Below are positions 12,301-27,300 of a stretch of 64,000 bases of DNA, in pieces (within the stretch, counting starts at the first letter, position 1; each line of letters opens with the position of its first letter). This DNA comes from Perna viridis (Eukaryota). Location of the stretch: the NCBI GenBank assembly GCA_037379345.1, contig CM074521.1, positions 25,692,704-25,756,703 of the forward strand, read 5' to 3'. Both the position numbers and the translations under genes were made by a program. The notes beneath the pieces were generated by a model. The model had not been told where the DNA came from. It did no database searches and saw only the letters and a list, made by a program, of their open reading frames with translations.

Positions 12301-15300
12301 TGTTTGACAAAATTTTTTCAAATTGAAGCAGCATCAAATATGCCATCAACTCTTTTCTTTAAATATTACATTTACAATGGAGTTAAGGAACTGAATAAGC
12401 GTTTACTTTCCATTTGGCCTTTATAGTACAGGAAAAGTATTGGAATCTTTTAATCATGTATTCCTAACAATTTTACACAGTTGCAGCATTTTCTAATTTG
12501 TCTCAAAAATTTCCTTTTTTTCACTAGTGACAACTGGTGTTACTACTGTGCCATCTGAAACTTCTCAGGCAGCACCAACTTCGAAGCCCGGACCTGAAAT
12601 TACAACTCCAGGAGGAACAACAACAGGTGTGTTTGATAAAAGGGGTATTCGGAATACCATTTCGGGAAGGTGCCTGATTACCGTTAGTTAAATAAATAGA
12701 ATTATCCTAGTTCTTGGGCATCAAAGGAGCTACATCATTTTTTGAAAGATCGGGCCTAAATATTAATTTTTCAAGAATTTCTTATATTTTTTCATATATG
12801 ATAAAATTTTGTGCAGCTTACATATGCTGAAAAATCCTCTCTCATCTTTCCATATTGTTTGTACATGTATATTATTTATCACATTCTATAACTGCATTTC
12901 GTTGTATATTTTTTCAAACGGTTATTATTTGAATGAACAATTACTGATAAACACATGAACAAAGATTTGACCAACTTCGACAAAAAATATTAAGAATATC
13001 ACTAATTAAATTCTCAATCTTGAAAATACTTTAAGGTACAACTACGGAAGAATGTGAAAAGGTTGACATTATGGATTCAATAAGTGTTGATTTAAGTGTG
13101 AAAAAGAATGACGAAGATGTTGGTACTGATGACATCAAGGAAGACGATGACAAGAACTTACCTCTTGATGAAAACGATGTTTTGACATTGGAACCAAGCA
13201 GTCCTTCAGAAGTTGACAGCATCAACGTAAATGGAGATAACATTGATGAAGTTCTTGTCACTGTTTATGATGAGGATGGAAATCCCACAGACATTGAGGT
13301 AGTGATATCACAGATTACTTTTAACAGGATATTTAAGGAACAATTGTACTTAATATGGTTACTGAATATTGTCTACAGAAAGAGTTGTTTGGTCCAGTTG
13401 ATAAATGTTAACAAAATCTGTTTAACCTTCTATAGTTTTCCATAAATGATGGGGCAATGACTGTTTTATGATGATTTGATAAACATGGTAATATGATGAT
13501 ATAAATATGTTTATTTGTTTCATTTTAGGACACACCTGTTAAACCTGGTGAGACCCTTGACTTGAAGAACATTGTTGCCAGCAAGGTGACAGTTCAAGTC
13601 AAACCAAAAGAACCAGGAAAACCAGCTGATGTAGACAAAATAACTTTAGAAATTTGCGAAAAACCTGGTAAGTTTTGTCTCATTTACTCTAGGTTCTGTC
13701 GTTTGGTTATTAAATTTCTTTGTTGAAACATACGAGTTTGATTATAATTACGACACCGAAAACATATTGGCACGATGATTCACTGATATTTTTCTACTTG
13801 AAGCATCCTTAAAGATACCATCAATTCATTTTGTGTAATGTCAAAAAGGAATGGGGATGAAATAACTGGGCTGCTTTAAGATTCCACTTAGCGTTAATAG
13901 AATAACACTACTGTCAGCTTTTAATCATGCATGCCTAACAATTTTACCAGTTCCAACATTTTCTCTTTTGTTTTGTATATTCGCTTTTTTCACTAGTGAC
14001 AACTGGTGTTACTACTGTGCCAACTGAAACCTCTCAGCCAGTACCAACTACCAAACCAACTCCCGAAATTACAACTACGGAAGTAAAAACTACAGGTATG
14101 TTTGATAAAATGGGTATTGTGAATATCATTTCTGGAGGGAGCCTAAAGTATTAGTGATTACCGTTAGTTCAATAACTAGAATTATTCAATTTCAAGACCA
14201 ACATTAGGAGCTACATCATTTTATGAAGGGTGGGACCTAAGAATTAATGTTTTGAAAAGCTTCAGCTACACATGTATGAAAAAGAAACGAAAGATTTTGA
14301 TTATAATTGAAACATTTAAGACATACTGGCATTATGTTTAAACAAAACGTTTTCAAGTTGAAGCATCATCAAAAATGCCATCAACTTTATTTTTAAAAAT
14401 TAACTTTTCGATTGAGTTAAGGAACTGGGTAACCTTTTAGATTCCATTTGGCCCTTATAATACAAGGAAAGTATTGGTATCTTTTAATCGTGTATTTTTA
14501 CACAGTTGCAGCATTGATCATTTGTCAGAAAAATTTACTTTTATCACTAGTGACAACTGGTGTTACCACTATGCCATCTGAAACTTCTCAGGCAGCACCA
14601 ACTTCGAAGCCCGGACCTGAAATTACAACTCCAGGAGGAACAACAACAGGTGTGTTTTATAAAAGGAGTGTTCTGAATACCATTTCGGGAAGGTGCCTGA
14701 TTACCGTTAGTTCAATACAAAGAATTATACTAGTCCTTGAGCAGCAAAATATGCTACATCATTTTTGAGCGATCGGGCCTAAAAATTAATGTTGTGAAGT
14801 GCTTGGGCTACACATGTATGGAAAGAAAGTGATCGTTACATGTATCTACAGCATACATTGATGAGAAACGTTTGCACACCCTTAAAAGAATTGACTGAAA
14901 TAAGTGGAATTTCTGATGATTGTTAAAAAAAATAGTAATAATTTGTTCAGTTTACACATGCAGAGAAATTAAGTTCTCATCTTTCCATATTATTTGTACA
15001 TATAAATTATTTTAATCACATTTTGTAACTGAATCTCATTCTATGTTTTTTTTAAAACGATTATCAGTGTAATGAAGAATTACTGATGAATACACGAAGA
15101 TAGGTTTGACCATGCCCCAGAAAGTATTTAGAGGATGAAAAATTCATTGTTTAATCCGGTCCACCTGGTCCATGCTCCCATTTTTTACTGGAGTCCGAGT
15201 TGCCCATTTGCTTTTGTTACTTTGTATGTATGAGATTAGTTACTTTATGTTCTTTTTTTGTGTATTTTTGTGTACCATGTCTGGTCTTTATACCCGGATT

Positions 15301-18300
15301 ACATTCTTTTGATTACCGCTATAACCTTGATTCCCTTGATTACTCTTTAATATACCTTAAGGTACAACTACAGAAGAATGTGAAAAGGTTGACATTATGG
15401 ATTCCATAAGTGTTGATTTAAGTGTGAAAAAGAATGACGAAGATGTTGGTACTGATGACATCAAGAATGAAGATGACAAGAACTTACCTCTTAATGAAAA
15501 CGATGTTTTGACATTGGAACCAAGTAGTCCATCAGAAGTTGATAGCATCAACGTAAATGGAGATAACATTGAAGACGTCATTGTCACTGTTTATAATGAA
15601 GATGGAAACCCTACAGACATTGAGGTAGTGAGATCACAAATTTCGTTAGACAGGTTTTTTAAGAAATGTTTGTACTGATACAATATATTATATAACTTTA
15701 TACACTTAATGAGGCAATTGTGTCGGTTTATAATAATGTTAATACACCCACTGCCTAGATATTTTAATCTGATTGAAATATTGAGTAATAAATGTTTTAG
15801 GATGATTTGAAAAACATGGTTATGTGCTAATATGAATATTTCTGTCATTTTAGGACACACCTGTTAAACCTGATGAGACGCTGGACTTGAAAAACATTGT
15901 TGCCAGCAAGGTAACAGTTCAAGTCACTCCAAAAGAACCTGGAAAACCAGCTGATGTAGACCAAGTGACTCTAGAAATTTGCGAAAAACCTGGTGAGTTT
16001 TGTCTCATTACATAAAGGGCCGTCTTATACTAATAGAAATCTTTGCTGAAAGAAAAGATTTTGACTATAATTTAAACACTTAAGAAATACTGGTATTATG
16101 TTTGACAAAATTTTTTCAAATTGAAGTAGCATCAAATATGCCATCGACTCTTTTCTTTAAATATTACATTTACAATGGAGTTAAGGAACTGAATAAGCGT
16201 TTACTTTCCATTTGGCCTTTATAGTACAGGAAAAGTATTGGAATCTTTTAATCATGTATTCCTAACAATTTTACACAGTTGCAGCATTTTCTAATTTGTC
16301 TAAAAAATTTCCTTTTTTCACTAGTGACAACTGGTGTTACTACTGTGCCATCTGAAACTTCTCAGGCAGCACCAACTTCGAAGCCTGGACCTGAAATTAC
16401 AACTCCAGGAGGAACAACAACAGGTGTGTTTTATAAAAGGAGTGTTCTGAATACCATTTCGGGAAGGTGCCTGATTACCGTTAGTTAAATAAATAGAATT
16501 ATCCTAGTTCTTGGGCATCAAAGGAGCTACATCATTTTTTGAAAGATCGGGCCTAAATATTAATTTTTCAAGAATTTCTTATATTTTTTCATATATGATA
16601 AAATTTTGTGCAGCTTACATATGCTGAAAAATCCTCTCTCATCTTTCCATATTGTTTGTACATGTATATTATTTATCACATTCTATAACTGCATTTCGTT
16701 GTATATTTTTTCAAACGGTTATTATTTGAATGAACAATTACTGATAAACACATGAACAAAGATTTGACCAACTTCGACAAAAAATATTAAGAATATCACT
16801 AATTAAATTCTCAATCTTGAAAATACTTTAAGGTACAACTACGGAAGAATGTGAAAAGGTTGACATTATGGATTCAATAAGTGTTGATTTAAGTGTGAAA
16901 AAGAATGACGAAGATGTTGGTACTGATGACATCAAGGAAGACGATGACAAGAACTTACCTCTTGATGAAAACGATGTTTTGACATTGGAACCAAGCAGTC
17001 CTTCAGAAGTTGACAGCATCAACGTAAATGGAGATAACATTGATGAAGTTCTTGTCACTGTTTATGATGAGGATGGAAATCCCACAGACATTGAGGTAGT
17101 GATATCACAGATTACTTTTAACAGGATATTTAAGGAACAATTGTACTGAATATGGTTACTGAATATTGTCTACAGAAAGAGTTGTTTGGTCCAGTTGATA
17201 AATGTTAACAAAATCTGTTTAACCTTCTATAGTTTTCCATAAATGATGGGGCAATGACTGTTTTATGATGATTTGATAAACATGGTAATATGATGATATA
17301 AATATGTTTATTTGTTTCATTTTAGGACAAACCTGTTAAACCTGGTGAGACCCTTGACTTGAAGAACATTGTTGCCAGCAAGGTGACAGTTCAAGTCAAA
17401 CCAAAAGAACCAGGAAAACCAGCTGATGTAGACAAAATAACTTTAGAAATTTGCGAAAAACCTGGTAAGTTTTGTCTCATTTACTCTAGGTTCTGTCGTT
17501 TGGTTATTAAATTTCTTTGTTGAAACATACGAGTTTGATTATAATTACGACACCGAAAACATATTGGCACGATGATTCACTGATATTTGTTTACTTGAAG
17601 CATCCTTAAAGATGCCATCAATTCATTTTGTGTAATGTCAAAAAGGAATGGGGATGAAAGAACTGGGCTGCTTTAAGATTCCACTTAGCGTTAATAGAAT
17701 AACACTGCTGTCACCTTTTAATCATACATGCCTAGCAATTTTACAGAGTTCCAACATTTTCTTACTTGTCTTGTATACTCGCTTTTTTCACTAGTGACAA
17801 CTGGTGTTACTACTGTGCCAACTGAAACCTCTCAGCCAGTACCAACTACGAAACCAACTCCCGAAATTACAACTACGGGAGGAACAACTACAGGTATGTT
17901 TGATAAAATGGGTATTGTGAATATCATTTCTAGAGGGTGCCTGAAGTGTTACTGATTACCGTACGTTCAATAACTAGAATTATTCAATTTCAAGAACAAC
18001 ATTAGGAGCTTTATCATTTTATGAAGGATGGGGCCTAAGAATTAATGTTTTGAAGAGCTTGAGCTACACATGTATGAGAAAGAAGGAATTGTTACATGTA
18101 TCTGCAGCATACATTGATGAGAAACGTTTGCTTACACTGAACATAATGTGATGAAAATTGGTGGAATTTCTTATATTTGTTGAAAGAATAATAATACAAA
18201 AAAGATTTGTACAGTTTACATATGCAGAGAAATTAACTTCTCAGCTTTCCACATTATTTGTATATGTAAATTATTTTTAATCACATGTTATAACTGGATC

Positions 18301-21300
18301 TCATTGTATATTTTTTCAAACGGTTATCATTGTAATGAACAATTACTGATGAATACAAGAACATAGATTTGACCATGCCCCCAAAAAACATTAAGAGAAT
18401 CTTTAATTTACCTTAAGGTACAACTACGGCAGAATGTGAAAAGGTTGACATTATGGATTCAATAAGTGTTGATTTAAGTGTGAAAAAGAATGACGAAGAT
18501 GTTGGTCCTGATGACATCAAGGAAGACGATGACAAGAACTTACCACTTGATGAAAACGATGTTTTGACATTGGAACCAAGCAGTCCTTCAGAAGTTGACA
18601 GCATCAACGTAAATGGAGATAACATTGATGAAGTTCTTGTCACTGTTTATGATGAGGATGGAAATCCCACAGACATTGAGGTAGTGATATCACAGATTAC
18701 TTTTAACAGGATATTTAAGGAACAATTGTACTTAATATGGTTACTGAATATTGTCTACAGAAAGAGTTGTTTGGTCCAGTTGATAAATGTTAACAAAATC
18801 TTTTTAACCTTCTATAGTTTTCCATAAATGATGGGGCAATGACTGTTTTATGATGATTTGATAAACATGGTAATATGATGATATAAATATGTTTATTTGT
18901 TTCATTTTAGGACACACCTGTTAAACCTGGTGAGACCCTTGACTTGAAGAACATTGTTGCCAGCAAGGTGACAGTTCAAGTCAAACCAAAAGAACCCGGA
19001 AAACCAGCTGATGTGGACAAAATAACTTTAGAAATTTGCGAAAAACCTGGTAAGTTTTGTCTCATTTACTCTAGGTTCTGTCGTTTGGTTATTAAATTTC
19101 TTTGTTGAAACATATGAGTTTGATTATAATTACGACACCGAAGACATACTGGCACGATGATTCACTGATATTTTTTTACTTGAAGCATCCTTAAAGATGC
19201 CATCAATTCATTTTGTGTAATGTCAAAAAGGAATGGGGATGAAAGAACTGGGCTGCTTTAAGATTCCACTTAGCGTTAATAGAATAACACTGCTGTCACC
19301 TTTTAATCATGCATGCCTTACAATTTTACAGAGTTCCAACATTTTCTTACTTGTCTTGTATATTCGCTTTTTTCACTAGTGACAACTGGTGTTACTACTG
19401 TGCCAACTGAAACCTCTCAGCCAGTACCAACTACGAAACCAACTCCCGAAATTACAACTACGGGAGGAACAACTACAGGTATGTTTGATAAAATGGGTAT
19501 TGTGAATATCATTTCTAGAGGGTGCCTGAAGTGTTACTGATTACCGTACGTTCAATAACTAGAATTATTCAATTTCAAGAACAACATTAGGAGCTTTATC
19601 ATTTTATGAAGGATGGGGCCTAAGAATTAATGTTTTGAAGAGCTTGAGCTACACATGTATGAGAAAGAAGGAATTGTTACATGTATCTGCAGCATACATT
19701 GATGAGAAACGTTTGCTTAAACTGAACATAATTTGATGAAAATTGGTGGAATTTCTTATATTTGTTGAAAGAATAATAATACAAAAAAGATTTGTACAGT
19801 TTACATATGCAGAGAAATTAACTTCTCAGCTTTCCACATTATTTGTATATGTAAATTATTTTTAATCACATGTTATAACTGGATCTCATTGTATATTTTT
19901 TCGAACGGTTATCATTGTAATGAACAATTACTGATGAATACAAGAACATAGATTTGACCATGCCCCCAAAAAACATTAAGAGAATCTTTAATTTACCTTA
20001 AGGTACAACTACGGCAGAATGTGAAAAGGTTGACATTATGGATTCAATAAGTGTTGATTTAAGTGTGAAAAAGAATGACGAAGATGTTGGTCCTGATGAC
20101 ATCAAGGAAGACGATGACAAGAACTTACCTCTTGATGAAAACGATGTTTTGACATTGGAACCAAGCAGTCCTTCAGAAGTTGACAGCATCAACGTAAATG
20201 GAGATAACATTGATGAAGTTCTTGTCACTGTTTATGATGAGGATGGAAATCCCACAGACATTGAGGTAGTGATATCACATATTACTTTTACAGGATATTT
20301 AAGGAACAATTGTACTTAATATGGTTACAGAATATTGTCTACAGAAAGAGTTGTTTGGTCCAGTTGATAAATGTTAACAAAATCTTTTTAACCTTCTATA
20401 GTTTTCCATAAATGATGGGGCAATGACTGTTTTATGATGATTTGATAAACATGGTAATATGATGATATAAATATGTTTATTTGTTTCATTTTAGGACACA
20501 CCTGTTAAACCTGGTGAGACCCTTGACTTGAAGAACATTGTTGCCAGCAAGGTGACAGTTCAAGTCAAACCAAAAGAACCCGGAAAACCAGCTGATGTGG
20601 ACAAAATAACTTTAGAAATTTGCGAAAAACCTGGTAAGTTTTGTCTCATTTACTCTAGGTTCTGTCGTTTGGTTATTAAATTTCTTTGTTGAAACATATG
20701 AGTTTGATTATAATTACGACACCGAAGACATACTGGCACGATGATTCACTGATATTTTTTTACTTGAAGCATCCTTAAAGATGCCATCAATTCATTTTGT
20801 GTAATGTCAAAAAGGAATGGGGATGAAAGAACTGGGCTGCTTTAAGATTCCACTAAGCGTTAATAGAATAACACTGCTGTCACCTTTTAATCATGCATGC
20901 CTTACAATTTTACAGAGTTCCAACATTTTCTTACTTGTCTTGTATATTCGCTTTTTTCACTAGTGACAACTGGTGTTACTACTGTGCCAACTGAAACCTC
21001 TCAGCCAGTACCAACTACGAAACCAACTCCCGAAATTACAACTACGGGAGGAACAACTACAGGTATGTTTGATAAAATTAGTATTGTGAATATCATTTCT
21101 AGAGGGTGCCTGAAGTGTTACTGATTACCGTTAGTTCAATAACTAGAATTATTCAATTTCAAGAACAACATTAGGAGCTTTATCATTTTATGAAGGATGG
21201 GGCCTAAGAATTAATGTTTTGAAGAGCTTGAGCTACACATGTATGAGAAAGAAGGAATTGTTACATGTATCTGCAGCATACATTGATGAGAAACGTTTGC

Positions 21301-24300
21301 TTAAACTGAACATAATTTGATGAAAATTGGTGGAATTTCTTATATTTGTTGAAAGAATAATAATACAAAAAAGATTTGTACAGTTTACATATGCAGAGAA
21401 ATTAACTTCTCAGCTTTCCACATTATTTGTATATGTAAATTATTTTTAATCACCTGTTATAACTGGATCTCATTGTATATTTTTTCGAACGGTTATCATT
21501 GTAATGAACAATTACTGATGAATACAAGAACATATATTTGACCATGCCCCCAAAAAACATTAAGAGAATCTTTAATTTACCTTAAGGTACAACTACGGCA
21601 GAATGTGAAAAGGTTGACATTATGGATTCAATAAGTGTTGATTTAAGTGTGAAAAAGAATGACGAAGATGTTGGTCCTGATGACATCAAGGAAGACGATG
21701 ACAAGAACTTACCTCTTGATGAAAACGATGTTTTGACATTGGAACCAAGCAGTCCTTCAGAAGTTGACAGCATCAACGTAAATGGAGATAACATTGATGA
21801 AGTTCTTGTCACTGTTTATGATGAGGATGGAAATCCCACAGACATTGAGGTAGTGATATCACATATTACTTTTACAGGATATTTAAGGAACAATTGTACT
21901 TAATATGGTTACAGAATATTGTCTACAGAAAGAGTTGTTTGGTCCAGTTGATAAATGTTAACAAAATCTTTTTAACCTTCTATAGTTTTCCATAAATGAT
22001 GGGGCAATGACTGTTTTATGATGATTTGATAAACATGGTAATATGATGATATAAATATGTTTATTTGTTTCATTTTAGGACACACCTGTTAAACCTGGTG
22101 AGACCCTTGACTTGAAGAACATTGTTGCCAGCAAGGTGACAGTTCAAGTCAAACCAAAAGAACCCGGAAAACCAGCTGATGTGGACAAAATAACTTTAGA
22201 AATTTGCGAAAAACCTGGTAAGTTTTGTCTCATTTACTCTAGGTTCTGTCGTTTGGTTATTAAATTTCTTTGTTGAAACATATGAGTTTGATTATAATTA
22301 CGACACCGAAGACATACTGGCACGATGATTCACTGATATTTTTTTACTTGAAGCATCCTTAAAGATGCCATCAATTCATTTTGTGTAATGTCAAAAAGGA
22401 ATGGGGATGAAAGAACTGGGCTGCTTTAAGATTCCACTTAGCGTTAATAGAATAACACTGCTGTCACCTTTTAATCATGCATGCCTTACAATTTTACAGA
22501 GTTCCAACATTTTCTTACTTGTCTTGTATATTCGCTTTTTTCACTAGTGACAACTGGTGTTACTACTGTGCCAACTGAAACCTCTCAGCCAGTACCAACT
22601 ACGAAACCAACTCCCGAAATTACAACTACGGGAGGAACAACTACAGGTATGTTTGATAAAATGGGTATTGTGAATATCATTTCTAGAGGGTGCCTGAAGT
22701 GTTACTGATTACCGTTAGTTCAATAACTAGAATTATTCAATTTCAAGAACAACATTAGGAGCTTTATCATTTTATGAAGGATGGGGCCTAAGAATTAATG
22801 TTTTGAAGAGCTTGAGCTACACATGTATGAGAAAGAAGGAATTGTTACATGTATCTGCAGCATACATTGATGAGAAACGTTTGCTTAAACTGAACATAAT
22901 TTGATGAAAATTGGTGGAATTTCTTATATTTGTTGAAAGAATAATAATACAAAAAAGATTTGTACAGTTTACATATGCAGAGAAATTAACTTCTCAGCTT
23001 TCCACATTATTTGTATATGTAAATTATTTTTAATCACATGTTATAACTGGATCTCATTGTATATTTTTTCGAACGGTTATCATTGTAATGAACAATTACT
23101 GATGAATACAAGAACATAGATTTGACCATGCCCCCGAAAAACATTAAGAGAATCTTTAATTTACCTTAAGGTACAACTACGGCAGAATGTGAAAAGGTTG
23201 ACATTATGGATTCAATAAGTGTTGATTTAAGTGTGAAAAAGAATGACGAAGATGTTGGTCCTGATGACATCAAGGAAGACGATGACAAGAACTTACCTCT
23301 TGATGAAAACGATGTTTTGACATTGGAACCAAGCAGTCCTTCAGAAGTTGACAGCATCAACGTAAATGGAGATAACATTGATGAAGTTCTTGTCACTGTT
23401 TATGATGAGGATGGAAATCCCACAGACATTGAGGTAGTGATATCACATATTACTTTTACAGGATATTTAAGGAACAATTGTACTTAATATGGTTACAGAA
23501 TATTGTCTACAGAAAGAGTTGTTTGGTCCAGTTGATAAATGTTAACAAAATCTTTTTAACCTTCTATAGTTTTCCATAAATGATGGGGCAATGACTGTTT
23601 TATGATGATTTGATAAACATGGTAATATGATGATATAAATATGTTTATTTGTTTCATTTTAGGACACACCTGTTAAACCTGGTGAGACCCTTGACTTGAA
23701 GAACATTGTTGCCAGCAAGGTGACAGTTCAAGTCAAACCAAAAGAACCCGGAAAACCAGCTGATGTGGACAAAATAACTTTAGAAATTTGCGAAAAACCT
23801 GGTAAGTTTTGTCTCATTTACTCTAGGTTCTGTCGTTTGGTTATTAAATTTCTTTGTTGAAACATATGAGTTTGATTATAATTACGACACCGAAGACATA
23901 CTGGCACGATGATTCACTGATATTTTTTTACTTGAAGCATCCTTAAAGATGCCATCAATTCATTTTGTGTAATGTCAAAAAGGAATGGGGATGAAAGAAC
24001 TGGGCTGCTTTAAGATTCCACTTAGCGTTAATAGAATAACACTGCTGTCACCTTTTAATCATGCATGCCTTACAATTTTACAGAGTTCCAACATTTTCTT
24101 ACTTGTCTTGTATATTCGCTTTTTTCACTAGTGACAACTGGTGTTACTACTGTGCCAACTGAAACCTCTCAGCCAGTACCAACTACGAAACCAACTCCCG
24201 AAATTACAACTACGGGAGGAACAACTACAGGTATGTTTGATAAAATGGGTATTGTGAATATCATTTCTAGAGGGTGCCTGAAGTGTTACTGATTACCGTT

Positions 24301-27300
24301 AGTTCAATAACTAGAATTATTCAATTTCAAGAACAACATTAGGAGCTTTATCATTTTATGAAGGATGGGGCCTAAGAATTAATGTTTTGAAGAGCTTGAG
24401 CTACACATGTATGAGAAAGAAGGAATTGTTACATGTATCTGCAGCATACATTGATGAGAAACGTTTGCTTAAACTGAACATAACTTGATGAAAATTGGTG
24501 GAATTTCTTATTATTTGTTAAAAGAATAATAAAAAAAGATTTGTACAGTTTACATATGCAGAGAAATTAACTTCTCAGCTTTCCACATTATTTGTATATG
24601 TAAATTATCTTTAATCACATTTTATAACTGGATCTCATTGTATATTTTTTCGAACGGTTATCATTGTAATTAACAATGACTGATGAATACAAGAACATAG
24701 ATTTGACCATGCCCTCCAAAAATATTAAGAGAATCTTTAATTTACCTTAAGGTACAACTACGGAAGAATGTGAAAAGGTTGACATTATGGATTCAATAAG
24801 TGTTGATTTAAGTGTGAAAAAGAATGACGAAGATGTTGGTACTGATGACATCAAGGAAGACGATGACAAGAACTTACCACTTGATGAAAACGATGTTTTG
24901 ACATTGGAACCAAGCAGTCCTTCAGAAGTTGACAGCATCAACGTAAATGGAGATAACATTGATGAAGTTCTTGTCACTGTTTATGATGAGGATGGAAATC
25001 CCACAGACATTGAGGTAGTGATATCACAGATTACTTTTAACAGGATATTTAAGGAACAATTGTACTTAATATGGTTACTGAATATTGTCTACAGAAAGAG
25101 TTGTTTGGTCCAGTTGATAAATGTTAACAAAATCTTTTTAACCTTCTATAGTTTTCCATAAATGATGGGGCAATGACTGTTTTATGATGATTTGATAAAC
25201 ATGGTAATATGATGATATAAATATGTTTATTTGTTTCATTTTAGGACACACCTGTTAAACCTGGTGAGACCCTTGACTTGAAGAACATTGTTGCCAGCAA
25301 GGTGACAGTTCAAGTCAAACCAAAAGAACCCGGAAAACCAGCTGATGTGGACAAAATAACTTTAGAAATTTGCGAAAAACCTGGTAAGTTTTGTCTCATT
25401 TACTCTAGGTTCTGTCGTTTGGTTATTAAATTTCTTTGTTGAAACATATGAGTTTGATTATAATTACGACACCGAAGACATACTGGCACGATGATTCACT
25501 GATATTTTTTTACTTGAAGCATCCTTAAAGATGCCATCAATTCATTTTGTGTAATGTCAGAAAGGAATGGGGATGAAAGAACTGGGCTGCTTTAAGATTC
25601 CACTTAGCGTTAATAGAATAACACTGCTGTCACCTTTTAATCATGCATGCCTTACAATTTTACAGAGTTCCAACATTTTCTTACTTGTCTTGTATATTCG
25701 CTTTTTTCACTAGTGACAACTGGTGTTACTACTGTGCCAACTGAAACCTCTCAGCCAGTACCAACTACGAAACCAACTCCCGAAATTACAACTACGGGAG
25801 GAACAACTACAGGTATGTTTGATAAAATGGGTATTGTGAATATCATTTCTAGAGGGTGCCTGAAGTGTTACTGATTACCGTTAGTTCAATAACTAGAATT
25901 ATTCAATTTCAAGAACAACATTAGGAGCTTTATCATTTTATGAAGGATGGGGCCTAAGAATTAATGTTTTGAAGAGCTTGAGCTACACATGTATGAGAAA
26001 GAAGGAATTGTTACATGTATCTGCAGCATACATTGATGAGAAACGTTTGCTTAAACTGAACATAATTTGATGAAAATTGGTGGAATTTCTTATATTTGTT
26101 GAAAGAATAATAATACAAAAAAGATTTGTACAGTTTACATATGCAGAGAAATTAACTTCTCAGCTTTCCACATTATTTGTATATGTAAATTATTTTTAAT
26201 CACATGTTATAACTGGATCTCATTGTATATTTTTTCGAACGGTTATCATTGTAATGAACAATTACTGATGAATACAAGAACATAGATTTGACCATGCCCC
26301 CAAAAAACATTAAGAGAATCTTTAATTTACCTTAAGGTACAACTACGGAAGAATGTGAAAAGGTTGACATTATGGATTCAATAAGTGTTGATTTAAGTGT
26401 GAAAAAGAATGACGAAGATGTTGGTCCTGATGACATCAAGGAAGACGATGACAAGAACTTACCTCTTGATGAAAACGATGTTTTGACATTGGAACCAAGC
26501 AGTCCTTCAGAAGTTGACAGCATCAACGTAAATGGAGATAACATTGATGAAGTTCTTGTCACTGTTTATGATGAGGATGGAAATCCCACAGACATTGAGG
26601 TAGTGATATCACATATTACTTTTACAGGATATTTAAGGAACAATTGTACTTAATATGGTTACAGAATATTGTCTACAGAAAGAGTTGTTTGGTCCAGTTG
26701 ATAAATGTTAACAAAATCTTTTTAACCTTCTATAGTTTTCCATAAATGATGGGGCAATGACTGTTTTATGATGATTTGATAAACATGGTAATATGATGAT
26801 ATAAATATGTTTATTTGTTTCATTTTAGGACACACCTGTTAAACCTGGTGAGACCCTTGACTTGAAGAACATTGTTGCCAGCAAGGTGACAGTTCAAGTC
26901 AAACCAAAAGAACCCGGAAAACCAGCTGATGTGGACAAAATAACTTTAGAAATTTGCGAAAAACCTGGTAAGTTTTGTCTCATTTACTCTAGGTTCTGTC
27001 GTTTGGTTATTAAATTTCTTTGTTGAAACATATGAGTTTGATTATAATTACGACACCGAAGACATACTGGCACGATGATTCACTGATATTTTTTTACTTG
27101 AAGCATCCTTAAAGATGCCATCAATTCATTTTGTGTAATGTCAAAAAGGAATGGGGATGAAAGAACTGGGCTGCTTTAAGATTCCACTTAGCGTTAATAG
27201 AATAACACTGCTGTCACCTTTTAATCATGCATGCCTTACAATTTTACAGAGTTCCAACATTTTCTTACTTGTCTTGTATATTCGCTTTTTTCACTAGTGA

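Larger units (their letters stand above)
9237..16832 (+). repeat. Higher-order repeat, 2 x ~3.8 kb (standard A unit + extra linker exon + diverged A unit)
   Basis: ORF offsets: 9272 to 13071 (3799), 10649 to 14448 (3799), 11599 to 15397 (3798). Boundaries are approximate. Confidence 0.93.
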
